DNA of 64,000 nucleotides from an uncultured Acidobacteriota bacterium (lineage in GTDB: Bacteria; Acidobacteriota; UBA6911; RPQK01; JAPXNP01), in assembly GCA_963777605.1 (NCBI GenBank), contig CAVZRV010000027.1, forward strand, positions 448,001-512,000, in the 5' to 3' direction. Within the stretch, counting starts at the first letter, position 1. The number at the start of each line of letters is the position of its first letter. Under the pieces are notes generated by a model. That model was not told the DNA's origin, did not search any database, and worked only from the letters and a program-made list of their open reading frames with translations. Of the stretch, positions 38,525 to 49,064 are shown one piece after another. The translations under genes and the position numbers were made by a program.

Positions 38525-40147
38525 TCAGGCTCCCTCAGACAGCCAGGACCGAATTAAGTGCGTGACCGCCTGGGGATTCTCTTTCGCCAGGCGAACCAGT
38601 TCTTTCTTCATAGCCGAATCCTTGTCTAGAACCTGGTGTCCTCCCTCACCGCTTTCCAACAATTTCTCGCCGGAAAGGGCCTGTTCGAGTTGCTTCATCA
38701 GTTCGGGATCCTTAAGCGAAGCATTCAACTTCGCCGCTGTAGGATTCTCCACCTCGACGTAGGCGAATACCATCTTCTTCACCGGCCGGAAGACCATCAG
38801 GTAGAAGAGGAGGAAAAGCAGGATGACCAGGAAGTACCGACCGACGGGATAGATGACCTCCTTGTTGCGTTCCCAGAATGAAGGGGTGGGGAGGGTGACT
38901 TTCTCATCCGCTGGAGTCGTAAAAGAGATGTTCTCGACAATCAACGTGTCGCCGCGAGTGCTATTCAGCCCTACTGACGCACTGACAACACTCCGGATCT
39001 GTTCCATCTCTTCCGCGGACCGACTTTGCGGGGTCAGTCCCGAACCGTCCTCCGCCGGCACCCGCTTGTCATCCACCACCACTGCCACTGAAAGCTGCGA
39101 GACTGTACCGCTAGGCACGACTGTCTGGCGAACCGTCTTGCTGACCTCGTAATTCGTGGTCTCCGTCTGCAGACTCCGGCCGTTTGTACTCGTCGAGGCG
39201 GCCTGGGGCGAGTTGGCAGCCTGGGGATCGTTTGCCTTAAAAGGAATTCCCTGGGGCGCCGGGCTATTTACGAGCTCACGGGAAATCTGCTGGCTGACCA
39301 TGACGGGGTCGAGCACTTTCTCCGTTTTTTCGGTCGTTTCCGAGAAATCCACCTGGACCGAGGCACTGACCCGAACGCTGTCTTCTCCGGTGATAGGCTC
39401 CAGCATCCGGACCACTTTGTCGCAAAGTTCCCGTTCAACCTTGCGTCTGAGCGAGAGTTGAACCGCATTCAACGAATCCTCTTCGGGAGAAGAATCGGAG
39501 AGAAGGTTTCCGCTCACGTCCACCACGGTAACGTTTTCCGGGGCCAGCGCTTCCACCGCAAAGGCGATCAGATTTCGGATGGCGTCGACATGCTTTCGGT
39601 TGAGCGTGCTGGTTCCTCTCAGCCGCACCACCACCGAGGCCTTCGCCGGCTGCGCATCGTCTTCGAACAGCGACTGCTTTTCCATGACGAGGTGGACACG
39701 GGCCTGGTCGATCTCTTTCAGAGTAAGAATCGTCCTCTCCAGTTCTCCTTCCAGGGCCCGCCGATAATTGACCTTCTGGGCGAACTCCGTCACTCCCCAA
39801 TTGTTCTGGTCGAACAATTCCATCCCGATTCTCCCGACCGTCGGGAGATCCTGGCTGGCAAGTTCGATCCGGAGTTCATCAACCCGGTCCGCCGGGACCA
39901 GAACCGACTTGCCGCCGTCGCCAAGTCGGTGAGGGACTTCGAGCCCGGTCAACCGATCGACGACAGATTTTGCGTTGGCGGCATCCAGATCCGAAAACAG
40001 AAGTTGGTACGGCTCACTCTGAACCATGTAAGTAAAAAAGAGAACTCCGCCCAGGATCACGGCGCCGAGAGTGACGATCGACAGCTTCTGGTTGAGCGTC
40101 AAATTTTGATTGAGTGCCTTGAACTGAGAAAAGATGCTTGCGGGCAT
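38525..40147 (-). CDS. fliF: MS-ring protein FliF
   Basis: Two TMs, GMELFD, NYRRALEGELERTI, ARVHLV, ETTNYEVSK, IRSWL. Confidence 0.97.
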   Translation of the reverse strand: MPASIFSQFKALNQNLTLNQKLSIVTLGAVILGGVLFFTYMVQSEPYQLLFSDLDAANAKSVVDRLTGLEVPHRLGDGGKSVLVPADRVDELRIELASQDLPTVGRIGMELFDQNNWGVTEFAQKVNYRRALEGELERTILTLKEIDQARVHLVMEKQSLFEDDAQPAKASVVVRLRGTSTLNRKHVDAIRNLIAFAVEALAPENVTVVDVSGNLLSDSSPEEDSLNAVQLSLRRKVERELCDKVVRMLEPITGEDSVRVSASVQVDFSETTEKTEKVLDPVMVSQQISRELVNSPAPQGIPFKANDPQAANSPQAASTSTNGRSLQTETTNYEVSKTVRQTVVPSGTVSQLSVAVVVDDKRVPAEDGSGLTPQSRSAEEMEQIRSVVSASVGLNSTRGDTLIVENISFTTPADEKVTLPTPSFWERNKEVIYPVGRYFLVILLFLLFYLMVFRPVKKMVFAYVEVENPTAAKLNASLKDPELMKQLEQALSGEKLLESGEGGHQVLDKDSAMKKELVRLAKENPQAVTHLIRSWLSEGA

Positions 40148-40167
40148 GAAGGTACCTCAAACGGTCG

Positions 40168-40479
40168 TTAGACCTGCATTCTCATGACTTCTTGATAGGC
40201 CTCAATCAGCTTGTTTCGGACCTGCATCATCATCTGGAAGGAGAGATCCGCTTTCTGCATCGCGATCATCGCGGTATGCACATCCTGGATTTCTCCCGAG
40301 ATCACCTTCTGAATCTGCTGATCCGACGCCTGCTGCGCCTGATCGACATCCTGAAGAGCCGATTTCAAGACGTCCTTGAAATCCGCCCCGCCCGCATCCG
40401 GCTCCTTCTTCTGCAACTTGGACTGGAACTCCTGGAGTTGCTGGAAAGGACTCGAACGCTGAATTAACAAGTCAGCCAT
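40168..40479 (-). CDS. fliE: FliE
   Basis: DVHTAMIAMQKADLSFQMMMQVRNKLIEAYQEVMRMQV. Confidence 0.97.
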   Translation of the reverse strand: MADLLIQRSSPFQQLQEFQSKLQKKEPDAGGADFKDVLKSALQDVDQAQQASDQQIQKVISGEIQDVHTAMIAMQKADLSFQMMMQVRNKLIEAYQEVMRMQV

Positions 40480-40490
40480 CGTCTCCTCCT

Positions 40491-40928
40491 CTATCTACCG
40501 ATCTCGAGCGACCTTCGAACCAGTTCCTTGATCGATTCAAAGGCCCTGATATTGGCTTCGTAAGAACGCTTGGCGGCCATGAAGTTGGCCATTTCTTCCA
40601 TCGGGTTGACGTTTGGATAGGCCACGTAACCCTGCGGGTCGGCATCCGGGTGGCCCGGTTCGTAGACCAGGACCGGAGGACGATCGTCCGTGACAACCTC
40701 TCTTACCCGCACCCCTTCCAGTTTTCCGTCTCCGACCTCTGCCAGCAATTTCCAGAAAGGTTCGGCAGACTCCGATTCGAAGACCACGTCCTTGCGCCGA
40801 TAAGGCCCCCCTTCCGGGGTCTGGGTGGTCTGGGCATTGGCGAGGTTGGTCACCAGAAGTTCGAGCCTGCGACGTTGTGCCGTCAAAGCTGAGGCGCTGA
40901 CATCCATGGCTGAAAAAAGTCCGCTCAT
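40491..40928 (-). CDS. flgC: Rod protein FlgC
   Basis: SASALTAQR, NLANAQTT, GGPYRRK, YEPGHPDAD, YPNVN, RSYEAN. Confidence 0.97.
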   Translation of the reverse strand: MSGLFSAMDVSASALTAQRRRLELLVTNLANAQTTQTPEGGPYRRKDVVFESESAEPFWKLLAEVGDGKLEGVRVREVVTDDRPPVLVYEPGHPDADPQGYVAYPNVNPMEEMANFMAAKRSYEANIRAFESIKELVRRSLEIGR

Positions 40929-41326
40929 ACCCTACCCTCCTTGATCGACGACTTGAGCAACTGGAGTCTCAGTTGCATCAGGCGACCCATCACGCTGAAC
41001 TTCATCACGTTCTCGGCCAGGTCCACCATCTCTTTTTCCAGATCAACGTTGTTCTGGTCATAACCTAGGCTGTCGCCGACTTGTGCAAGTTCGGCCTCGG
41101 TTCGAATGAGATGCGGAACGCCCGAGAGATGTTCCGGCCTCGATTTCTTCAACTGTCCAGGTCCCGAACCCTCGGCCTCCGCCAGGAACTGTTCAAAGCC
41201 GATGTCTTTTGCCCGGTATCCCGGAGTCTCTGAATTGGCGAGGTTACTCGTAGTCACCTGCTGTTTCCTGGCAGCAAAATCGAGATAGGCTGACATCCGA
41301 GTGAGGATTGGTTCGTCTATTTTCAT
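40925..41326 (-). CDS. flgB: Rod protein FlgB
   Basis: SNLANSETPGYRAKD, DQNNVDLEKEM. Confidence 0.95.
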   Translation of the reverse strand: MKIDEPILTRMSAYLDFAARKQQVTTSNLANSETPGYRAKDIGFEQFLAEAEGSGPGQLKKSRPEHLSGVPHLIRTEAELAQVGDSLGYDQNNVDLEKEMVDLAENVMKFSVMGRLMQLRLQLLKSSIKEGRV

Positions 41327-41335
41327 TGATTTTCC

Positions 41336-42647
<1,312 letters not shown>

Positions 42648-42655
<8 letters not shown>

Positions 42656-43802
42656 ACCCGGTCTCCTTGGAAAAACTCAAAATGAAACGCGACCCTTGAC
42701 CTTCACGACTGTGGACTTCAATCCGACCACCGAGGGCATCGAGCAGCCGGCGAACAATCGCCAGTCCAAGGCCCGAACCGCCCTTGGACATGGTGAAGCC
42801 CGAGTCGAAGATGAGCCTCTGGTACTTCTCGGGGATGCCGACACCCGTGTCTTCTACTTCGATTGTCACATCGCCTTCGCTTTCCCGGCTGCGAAGCGAA
42901 ATCTCCCCTCCTTCGGGGAGAGCCTGCATCGCGTTCGTCAGAAGGTTGGTAATGATCTGTCGAATCATCTGATCGTCCAACTGAACCGGGCTCGTCGTTT
43001 GGAGGTCTTCCACCACCCGAATTCCGCGCTGTTCCAGGAGTGGCTTCATAAATTCGGCACACTCGCCGAGCACCGCTGCGAGGGAAACGGAGATCAGCGC
43101 CGGGTTCGGAGTACGGCGAACACAGAGGAGGTTGTTCAAAACCGTGTTGAGTGAGCGGATACCGATGCGCACATTGTTCGAGTAGAGAAGACGGTCTCCC
43201 GCCTCAAGGTCATCCTCGGCAAGAAGCGAGGCAAACAGTTCGAGCGCCCCCAACGGGTTGCGAATCTCATGGGCGACTTCCATCGCCATCTCACCCATGG
43301 CTGCGAGACGCTCCGTCTCCCGCATGCGCTTCTCCAACAACTTCACACGGGTCACGTCCTGAACCACCAGAATCCGCTCTCCGCCCCTGAGCCGTGACCA
43401 ACTGCAATGCAGCGTGCGCTGCTGGCGCCCGTTGAAGGTGATTTCGGTCGCGGCATCCCCGTCGGCAGACAGGCTGGCAGCCCTCTCGCTGAACTCTGCA
43501 TTCTCCAGAATCGCGGTCACCGGGAAGGGCAGGCGGCGGTCCCCGATCTCAAAGAGGGTCCGGGCTTCCTCGTTCACCGTTGTCACCATTCGCTCGGGAT
43601 CAACGACCAGGACGCCACAGGGGAGGTTCTGGAGCACTGTCGTAAGGTAATAGTTACTTTGCTCCAGCTGTTGAGACAAGGACTGGACGCGCAGGTGAAG
43701 TTCGCCGTAGGCCGACTCAAGGGCGTTCGACACCTCGTTAAACGAGTTGAACGCGCTGAGAAGTAGTTCAGCTTGATTGGAGGAAGTCGCCGTCGCGGTC
43801 AT
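42648..43802 (-). CDS. Cytoplasmic PAS sensor histidine kinase (FleS/FlrB-like)
   Basis: AF.SFNEVS..LESAY.EL N-terminus, PAS, AHEIRNPLG, NLLTNA, DTGVG, GSGLGL. Confidence 0.92.
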
Positions 43803-44785
43803 TTTAAGTCGATCATCATCTGGTTGGGAAGGTACTCCGTTGAGCGCAATTTACTCATCTTCGAGACCTTCTGGGTTACGTTCAGGATCCGCTGCACGGC
43901 CTGCTCAATTCCGTCCAGCCGGGACAGACTCTCCGGGGAACGCTGGGCCAACTCGATACGAAGGAGTTGTGCACTCATGTTGATCGTGCAGAGCGGATTG
44001 TTGATTTCGTGGTTGATGCTGACAGCCAACTGTCCAATCGCGGCCAACCGCTCGGCATCCACCAACTGTTCCTGGGTCCTTTGAAGTTCGTCCTGCGAAC
44101 GGATGACGTCGTAGTAGAGCCGGCCGTTCTCGACTGCGATGGCGGCGTACTCAACCAGGATCCGAAGCAGCCTGAGGTCACGGTCCGAGATGGGCCTCCC
44201 AAGGCGGGAAACCATGATCGTCCCGATGATTTCGTCCTTGGCAATCATTGGAGCCTTGACGAATTCCGAATCAAAAACCTCCCGAATGAAGGGGGGCAAA
44301 TCCGTTTCCTGACCGGAGTCTATGACTATCGGCGATTTCTCGCGCTGCAACTCTCTCCAGACGTTGCTCTCCGTCGAAATTGGCCACCGGGCTTTGCGGA
44401 TCGCATTGATGGGGACACCGACCGCAAGCTTGACTTCTTCGTGCTGAGCTTCGCAGTGAACAAGAGAAAGAATCACTTGATCCAGAGAGAGAGTCCGTCT
44501 TATCCCCTGGAGAATCTCGGTCAGGACCTCCTCGATCAGGAGTGTGCTCGCAATCGAGCGAGCTACTTCCCCAATCGCGAGCAGGTCTACTATCTCCTTC
44601 TGGAGTTCCTCTTTGAATGCTACCAACTCCCGATTCTTTGCCTCAGTCAGCCTCAATTGTGCTTGAAGCCGGGCAACCTCATCGATTTCACAGGTCCTGC
44701 TCTCATCATTCGCTGTCAGAGTCTCAGCCATCGTCTTCTCTCCGGGTTTCATGACTTGCTGTGGACTACTTGCTTTCATGGTCAT
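43799..44785 (-). CDS. GAF + HisKA protein lacking the HATPase_c domain
   Basis: Coiled coil, GAF (APMIAKDEIIGTI...AAIAVENGRLY), H-box SINHEINNPL. The protein ends ~60 aa later at EYLPNQMMIDLK and its stop overlaps the next ATG. Confidence 0.85.
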   Translation of the reverse strand: MTMKASSPQQVMKPGEKTMAETLTANDESRTCEIDEVARLQAQLRLTEAKNRELVAFKEELQKEIVDLLAIGEVARSIASTLLIEEVLTEILQGIRRTLSLDQVILSLVHCEAQHEEVKLAVGVPINAIRKARWPISTESNVWRELQREKSPIVIDSGQETDLPPFIREVFDSEFVKAPMIAKDEIIGTIMVSRLGRPISDRDLRLLRILVEYAAIAVENGRLYYDVIRSQDELQRTQEQLVDAERLAAIGQLAVSINHEINNPLCTINMSAQLLRIELAQRSPESLSRLDGIEQAVQRILNVTQKVSKMSKLRSTEYLPNQMMIDLK

Positions 44786-44800
44786 CCCACGCAGACACCA

Positions 44801-44817
44801 AGCACGACGCGTGCCAC
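44801..44817 (-). promoter_or_regulatory. Sigma54 promoter of the GAF-HisKA/fleSR/flgB operon
   Basis: GTGGCAC-GCGTC-GTGCT with an AT-rich tract at 44845-44895. Confidence 0.8.
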
Positions 44818-44953
44818 CCCGTCGAAAGGGCCCCGAAAAGCTGCAATAAACTCCACGTAAAACGCTGCATTAAAACAATTTATGGTTTCATAAAGGAAGC
44901 TGGTCACTGAACACACGCAGGGGCCGAGGGCCCAACTTCGGGCCTCACCGTTT

Positions 44954-45028
44954 CGTCATTCTCCTGACGGAGGAGTCAAACTTTCGTGAGGAGTGACAGG
45001 AAATTGTCGGAAAGTCAGGATCTCTGAT
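44954..45028. promoter_or_regulatory. Array of upstream activator sites (CGDCA-N6-TGHCG)
   Basis: CGTCA-TTCTCC-TGACG at 44954, AGTCA half-site at 44974, TGACA-GGAAAT-TGTCG at 44994, AGTCA at 45013 (~20-bp period). Confidence 0.65.
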
Positions 45029-45166
45029 CAGATCCGCAATCGGCAGATTCGGAACATCCAAAAATGAGTGGAAGAGCCTTGTCGGATCAGCAAACAACGG
45101 GGGGGGGTTGTTGATCAGGAAACGTGAGGCTGTGGCAGCTCACCGATCGGCTTAGGGGAGACTTCT

Positions 45167-45823
45167 CTATTCCCTCAGTGCCTGGGCGGATTCGGTCCAG
45201 CGGCTGCGGTTGGCCTGAGGGAATATCACCTGAAGGAGTTGCATCACCTGGTCCACCTTGTTGGACAGGCTCGCGAATTCCCGTTTCATCTCGCGGTTGA
45301 GCCGCATCAGCTCAATCTTCTCGTCGTGCAGGGTGTCGATCTTTCCATAGATTTCGCGCAGCTTCTCGTTGGCGACTTCGCTCTCGCGCTGGGCTCGCAG
45401 GGCCTTCTCTTCCAGCCGGATCTTGTCGCACATGTTGCGGATCAGGATCTCGATTTCATTCAGACTGAACGGCTTTGTGATGTAGTCGTAGGCACCCAGT
45501 TGGATTGCCTTGAGTGCCGTTTCGAGTGACGCATATCCAGTCATCAGGGCCGCCAGGACGACCGGATTCTTCAGCTTTGCTGCCTCGATCAGGCTCAAGC
45601 CATCCCCATCTGGAAGCCGCAGGTCCGTTAGGACAATGTCAAAATGGCTGCGCTCGGCTTGCAGGTGAGCCTTGGCCTCGAGACATGTGCTGGCACTGGT
45701 GATAGAAAGCCCCTTTGACTTGAGGAATTCCGCCAGGACATCTCCCAAATCCCGATCGTCATCTACCAAGAGCAACTGAATACTGTTTGTTGCAGAGACA
45801 ACGCGTGTCACATGGGCTCCCAC
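45167..45823 (-). CDS. Response regulator: REC + coiled-coil output
   Basis: LLVDDD, LTDLRLPD, MTGYAS, YITKPF, then a long heptad region with no DNA-binding domain. Confidence 0.85.
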   Translation of the reverse strand: MGAHVTRVVSATNSIQLLLVDDDRDLGDVLAEFLKSKGLSITSASTCLEAKAHLQAERSHFDIVLTDLRLPDGDGLSLIEAAKLKNPVVLAALMTGYASLETALKAIQLGAYDYITKPFSLNEIEILIRNMCDKIRLEEKALRAQRESEVANEKLREIYGKIDTLHDEKIELMRLNREMKREFASLSNKVDQVMQLLQVIFPQANRSRWTESAQALRE

Positions 45824-46068
45824 TACTCAAAGAAATCAATTACCTGTTTTCGGGCGTCCCGGTTGAGGAGGATTCTGCCTGAAGGAAGATATTCGAAATT
45901 GATGGGCGCCTTATACTCACTCGCCCGCTCGTCTTTCTTGACCTCCATCGAGAGTTCCTGCCGATCTCCGGAATCGTCCCTCTTTCGATCTTTGCTCTTA
46001 GCCTTGTCCTGGTCGGACGGTAATCTCCCAGAGATCCTTTCAACATTGATAAGCCGAACTATTTCCAT
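45823..46068 (-). CDS. Small hypothetical protein (81 aa), sigma28-preceded
   Basis: ATG 46068 with AAGGA RBS just downstream of the sigma28 promoter. Its stop overlaps the REC gene start. Confidence 0.6.
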   Translation of the reverse strand: MEIVRLINVERISGRLPSDQDKAKSKDRKRDDSGDRQELSMEVKKDERASEYKAPINFEYLPSGRILLNRDARKQVIDFFE

Positions 46069-46097
46069 GGTTAACCGTCCTTGGTTTCCCAATCTCC

Positions 46098-46125
46098 TTA
46101 TCGACCGGTTTGCCTGTTCACTTTA
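46098..46125 (-). promoter_or_regulatory. Sigma28 promoter
   Basis: TAAAGT...GTCGATAA (TAAA-N16-GTCGATAA). Confidence 0.65.
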
Positions 46126-46222
46126 GGGTTGGATGAAGGAAGATTTGATTTATTTGGGCTATCCAGTCCATGATAAGGGCCGATGTCTGATACGTTGCCC
46201 TGCGGAGGCGGAAGGAACCCTG

Positions 46223-47641
46223 ATGTCCGCTAGCACTTCCGAAGACAAGTCCGTCCTGTTGCTCGAAGACGACGAAACCCTGTCCGCGTTGCTGAAGAAG
46301 TTCTTTGAACAGTGGGGTTGGGAAGTTCACAGCGCAGGTACCGTTGCCGAAGCTCAAGCTCTGATCACGTCCCAGACTTTTGATCTTGTCCTTTGTGACT
46401 ATCTCCTGCCTGATGACAATGGGTTGGCCGTATTTGACGAGATCCAGCGGCGGTCCCCGCTCACCAAAGTGATGCTCATGACGGGGGTCCAGGACATGGG
46501 CGTTGCTGCATCCGCCATGCGCAAAGGTGCAGCGGATCTCATATCAAAGCCATTCAGGATGCACGAACTGGAAGAGCGGATCGCTGCGGTGATGAAGAAG
46601 CGCTCCCGAGAGCAGGAGAGTCACCAAGAACCGGCGGAGCCGATTCGAGGCGACTGGCCGCCTGAAATCGTGGGGGAAAGTGAAGCCCTCCGAGGGTTGA
46701 TTCATTTGATCCGAATTGTGTCGCGCAGATCTCCCCCAGTCCTCATAACCGGGGAAAGTGGAACCGGCAAAGAACTCGTTGCCCGGGCAATCCACGAGAT
46801 GAGCAGTCGCCGCGATAAGCCGTTCGTGGCGATCAACTGCGGGGCCATCCCCGAAAACCTTTTGGAAGATGAGCTCTTCGGCCACGTCCGGGGAGCCTAT
46901 ACGGACGCCAAGACGAGCCGGATGGGACGGCTGGAGGAAGCCAACAACGGGGCTGTCTTTTTCGATGAGATCGGAGAGATGCCTCCCTCGCTGCAGGTCA
47001 AACTTCTCCGAGTGCTGGAAGATCGCATCGTGCAGCGCCTCGGCAGCAACCAGAGTATCTCGGTCGATTTCAGGATCATCGCCGCGACCAACGCTGACAT
47101 CCGGAAGAAAATTGAAGACGGCGAATTTCGCGAAGACCTATTCTACCGGCTCAACGTCGTTCCCATTCGCACTCCGCCGCTTCGGGAGCGAAAGGCCGAC
47201 ATCCCGCTGCTGACCCAGCACTTCCTCAAACTGTTCGCCCGGCAGTACCAGGAAGTTCCAAAGACACTGGATCCGAACGCGCTACGGGCCCTCACTCATC
47301 ACGAATGGCCGGGCAATATCCGGGAACTGAAGAACGTGATCGAACTGGGTTTCATTCTCTCGGGGGAGCGGGATGTAATCCACGTCGAAGATCTCCCGAC
47401 GCTCGATGAGAAGGTTGGTGCCTCTGTCCACGGCTCGCAACTCGAGGCCCTGCTTCACCTGCCTGAAGAGGGTATCGACCTAAATCAGGTCGTCAGCGAA
47501 GTTGAACGAAATCTGATTTGCCAGTCGTTGGAACGCACCGGGGGGAACAAGGGCAAGGCGGCTCGACTCCTCTACCTCAAGCGCACGACCCTGGTTGAGA
47601 AACTTCGCCGCATGAATCTCCTCGAAGAATACATGCGTTAG
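46223..47641 (+). CDS. Sigma54 enhancer-binding protein, FleQ/FlrA-like master regulator with intact REC
   Basis: REC (LLEDD, LCDYLLPD, KPF), GESGTGKE, GAYTDA. C-terminus LPEEGIDL...LKRTTLVEKLRR is typical of FleQ/FlrA. RBS GAAGGA before ATG 46223. Confidence 0.85.
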   Translation: MSASTSEDKSVLLLEDDETLSALLKKFFEQWGWEVHSAGTVAEAQALITSQTFDLVLCDYLLPDDNGLAVFDEIQRRSPLTKVMLMTGVQDMGVAASAMRKGAADLISKPFRMHELEERIAAVMKKRSREQESHQEPAEPIRGDWPPEIVGESEALRGLIHLIRIVSRRSPPVLITGESGTGKELVARAIHEMSSRRDKPFVAINCGAIPENLLEDELFGHVRGAYTDAKTSRMGRLEEANNGAVFFDEIGEMPPSLQVKLLRVLEDRIVQRLGSNQSISVDFRIIAATNADIRKKIEDGEFREDLFYRLNVVPIRTPPLRERKADIPLLTQHFLKLFARQYQEVPKTLDPNALRALTHHEWPGNIRELKNVIELGFILSGERDVIHVEDLPTLDEKVGASVHGSQLEALLHLPEEGIDLNQVVSEVERNLICQSLERTGGNKGKAARLLYLKRTTLVEKLRRMNLLEEYMR

Positions 47642-48981
47642 TTGCGCGTCAGGAGTTTACGCAGGAGTTTGATCTCCTCTTCCTCAGCTGCAAGCTTCTC
47701 GTTCTGGAGCGAAAGCAAGTCGGAGAGCGCGTTAATCCGTGCCTGTTGCTCTTCAATAAACTTGCCCACTTCGTTGATTCTCTTCAGGTGGGCTTCGTCT
47801 GCCGTCCCGCCCGAAGGATCTACGGCAGGGGCAAGGACTTTCTTCAACTCCTGAAACCGACGGTCAAGCGAATTGCCGACTTCCTGCTGGCGACTTCGGG
47901 CGGCCTCGAGCTGTTTGAGGAAGTCCCGACTCGAAGTCAGATCGGATGATTCGCCGAATCCCTGCCCGAGTCGAAGAAGCCTTTCCACGTTGCGGACCTT
48001 ACGGCTCCTGAAATACCAGATACTCCCCCCGGCAACGACCAAGCAAATGGCGGCGACGATGACGAGAAGCTGGTTCTGCGACCAGGTTTCCTCACTCGGA
48101 GAGCTCTGTTCAGGAGACGGTTTCGGGGTGACATCAGGAGTCTTGGGTGTCACCGGCAGCGACTCCTGCCGGGCAACAACGATCTGATCCGAAATGGCGG
48201 CGGCCCGGCGCAGAGCTTCATCGGAACGCTCCCCCAGGTCGGCCGCCCGTCGAAAGTGAGTTCGTGCTTCTTCAAGCTGGCCTAACCGCTCCAAGGCGGA
48301 TCCCAGTTCGAAGTGAGCTACTCCGTCATCCGGATTCATCCCGAGGATATACCGATAGGATCGGATTGCTTCCTCTGCACCTCCCGTCCCGGTACCTTCC
48401 GGCGAGGTCTCTCCGCCGGTCGGGATCGGCTCCTCGCCCGAGGGCTTCTCGGCAACTGCAGCTGGGCTTTCAGCATCCGGCTCCGTCTGCACTTCATTGG
48501 CGGCGCCGAGAGACTCCAGCGATTCACTCCGAACCCATCCCCGTCGGTTGGTCCGATACTCAACCTGAACCCACCCGTCTTGAGAGGAGACTTGGTTCAG
48601 CACTCTTCCCGACTCAAGGTTGGCAATGACGCTGCTTGATGGATCCGGCTCCGCGAAAACAGCGACTGCACTGCCAGTCACTCTGACCGCATCCGGGATG
48701 GTCTCGACGCGCGCAAAGTTGCGGTTGACCCATGCGGATTCGCCGGAAGGAAGAGAAATCTGGAACCAGTCCCCAGATTCTCCGAGGTAGGGGAACGAGT
48801 CGCCCGCAGGGAAACTGCCGATCACGGTAACGTCGCGGATCTCCGGGGCGGAGCGAACAGTTATTCTCCGGCCCTTTTCGAGGACCACGATCTGGAAGCC
48901 AACCGACTGGCTTTGCGCGCCGACAAAGCCAGTCGAAAGAACCCAACAAACAAGTATTAGAAGCCGACCAAACCGCAGCAA
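47638..48981 (-). CDS. Exported SH3b x2 + TPR membrane protein with cytoplasmic coiled coil
   Basis: Signal peptide; two SH3b repeats (GDWFQI..SGESAWV; DGWVQV...RGWV); TPR (NPDDGVAHFELG...EEARTHFRRA); TM; C-terminal coiled coil. Confidence 0.75.
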   Translation of the reverse strand: MLRFGRLLILVCWVLSTGFVGAQSQSVGFQIVVLEKGRRITVRSAPEIRDVTVIGSFPAGDSFPYLGESGDWFQISLPSGESAWVNRNFARVETIPDAVRVTGSAVAVFAEPDPSSSVIANLESGRVLNQVSSQDGWVQVEYRTNRRGWVRSESLESLGAANEVQTEPDAESPAAVAEKPSGEEPIPTGGETSPEGTGTGGAEEAIRSYRYILGMNPDDGVAHFELGSALERLGQLEEARTHFRRAADLGERSDEALRRAAAISDQIVVARQESLPVTPKTPDVTPKPSPEQSSPSEETWSQNQLLVIVAAICLVVAGGSIWYFRSRKVRNVERLLRLGQGFGESSDLTSSRDFLKQLEAARSRQQEVGNSLDRRFQELKKVLAPAVDPSGGTADEAHLKRINEVGKFIEEQQARINALSDLLSLQNEKLAAEEEEIKLLRKLLTRN

Positions 48982-49006
48982 ATAGACACCCCCCGCCTGC
49001 GAGCCG

Positions 49007-49035
49007 ATTCTTTAGTTCATCGCGACTAATGTCAA
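49007..49035 (-). promoter_or_regulatory. Possible sigma70 promoter for SH3/TPR gene
   Basis: TTGACA-N17-AAGAAT. Confidence 0.4.
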
Positions 49036-49064
49036 GCGAAGCTTAACAGGGAGGGGCCACATAT

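Noticed and set aside
24560-40147. Non-flagellar type III injectisome
   Set aside because: Export genes are embedded among rod, hook, ring and switch genes, and there is no secretin or translocon.
45093-45112. G9 tract (45099-45107) in a small hairpin as a phase-variation switch
   Set aside because: Lies outside any CDS and upstream of the enhancer array, so a length change would not alter enhancer-promoter spacing. More likely part of a terminator-like hairpin.
46085-46120. c-di-GMP-I riboswitch candidate (GGCAAACC on minus strand; also GGCAAAA at 60967)
   Set aside because: The GNRA-receptor stem and downstream GACGCAAA core are missing. The first site is explained by the sigma28 promoter spacer.
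46892-46909. GAYTDA variant as evidence of an inactive sigma54 activator
   Set aside because: The critical Thr is retained, and Y-for-F and D-for-G variants occur in functional enhancer-binding proteins.
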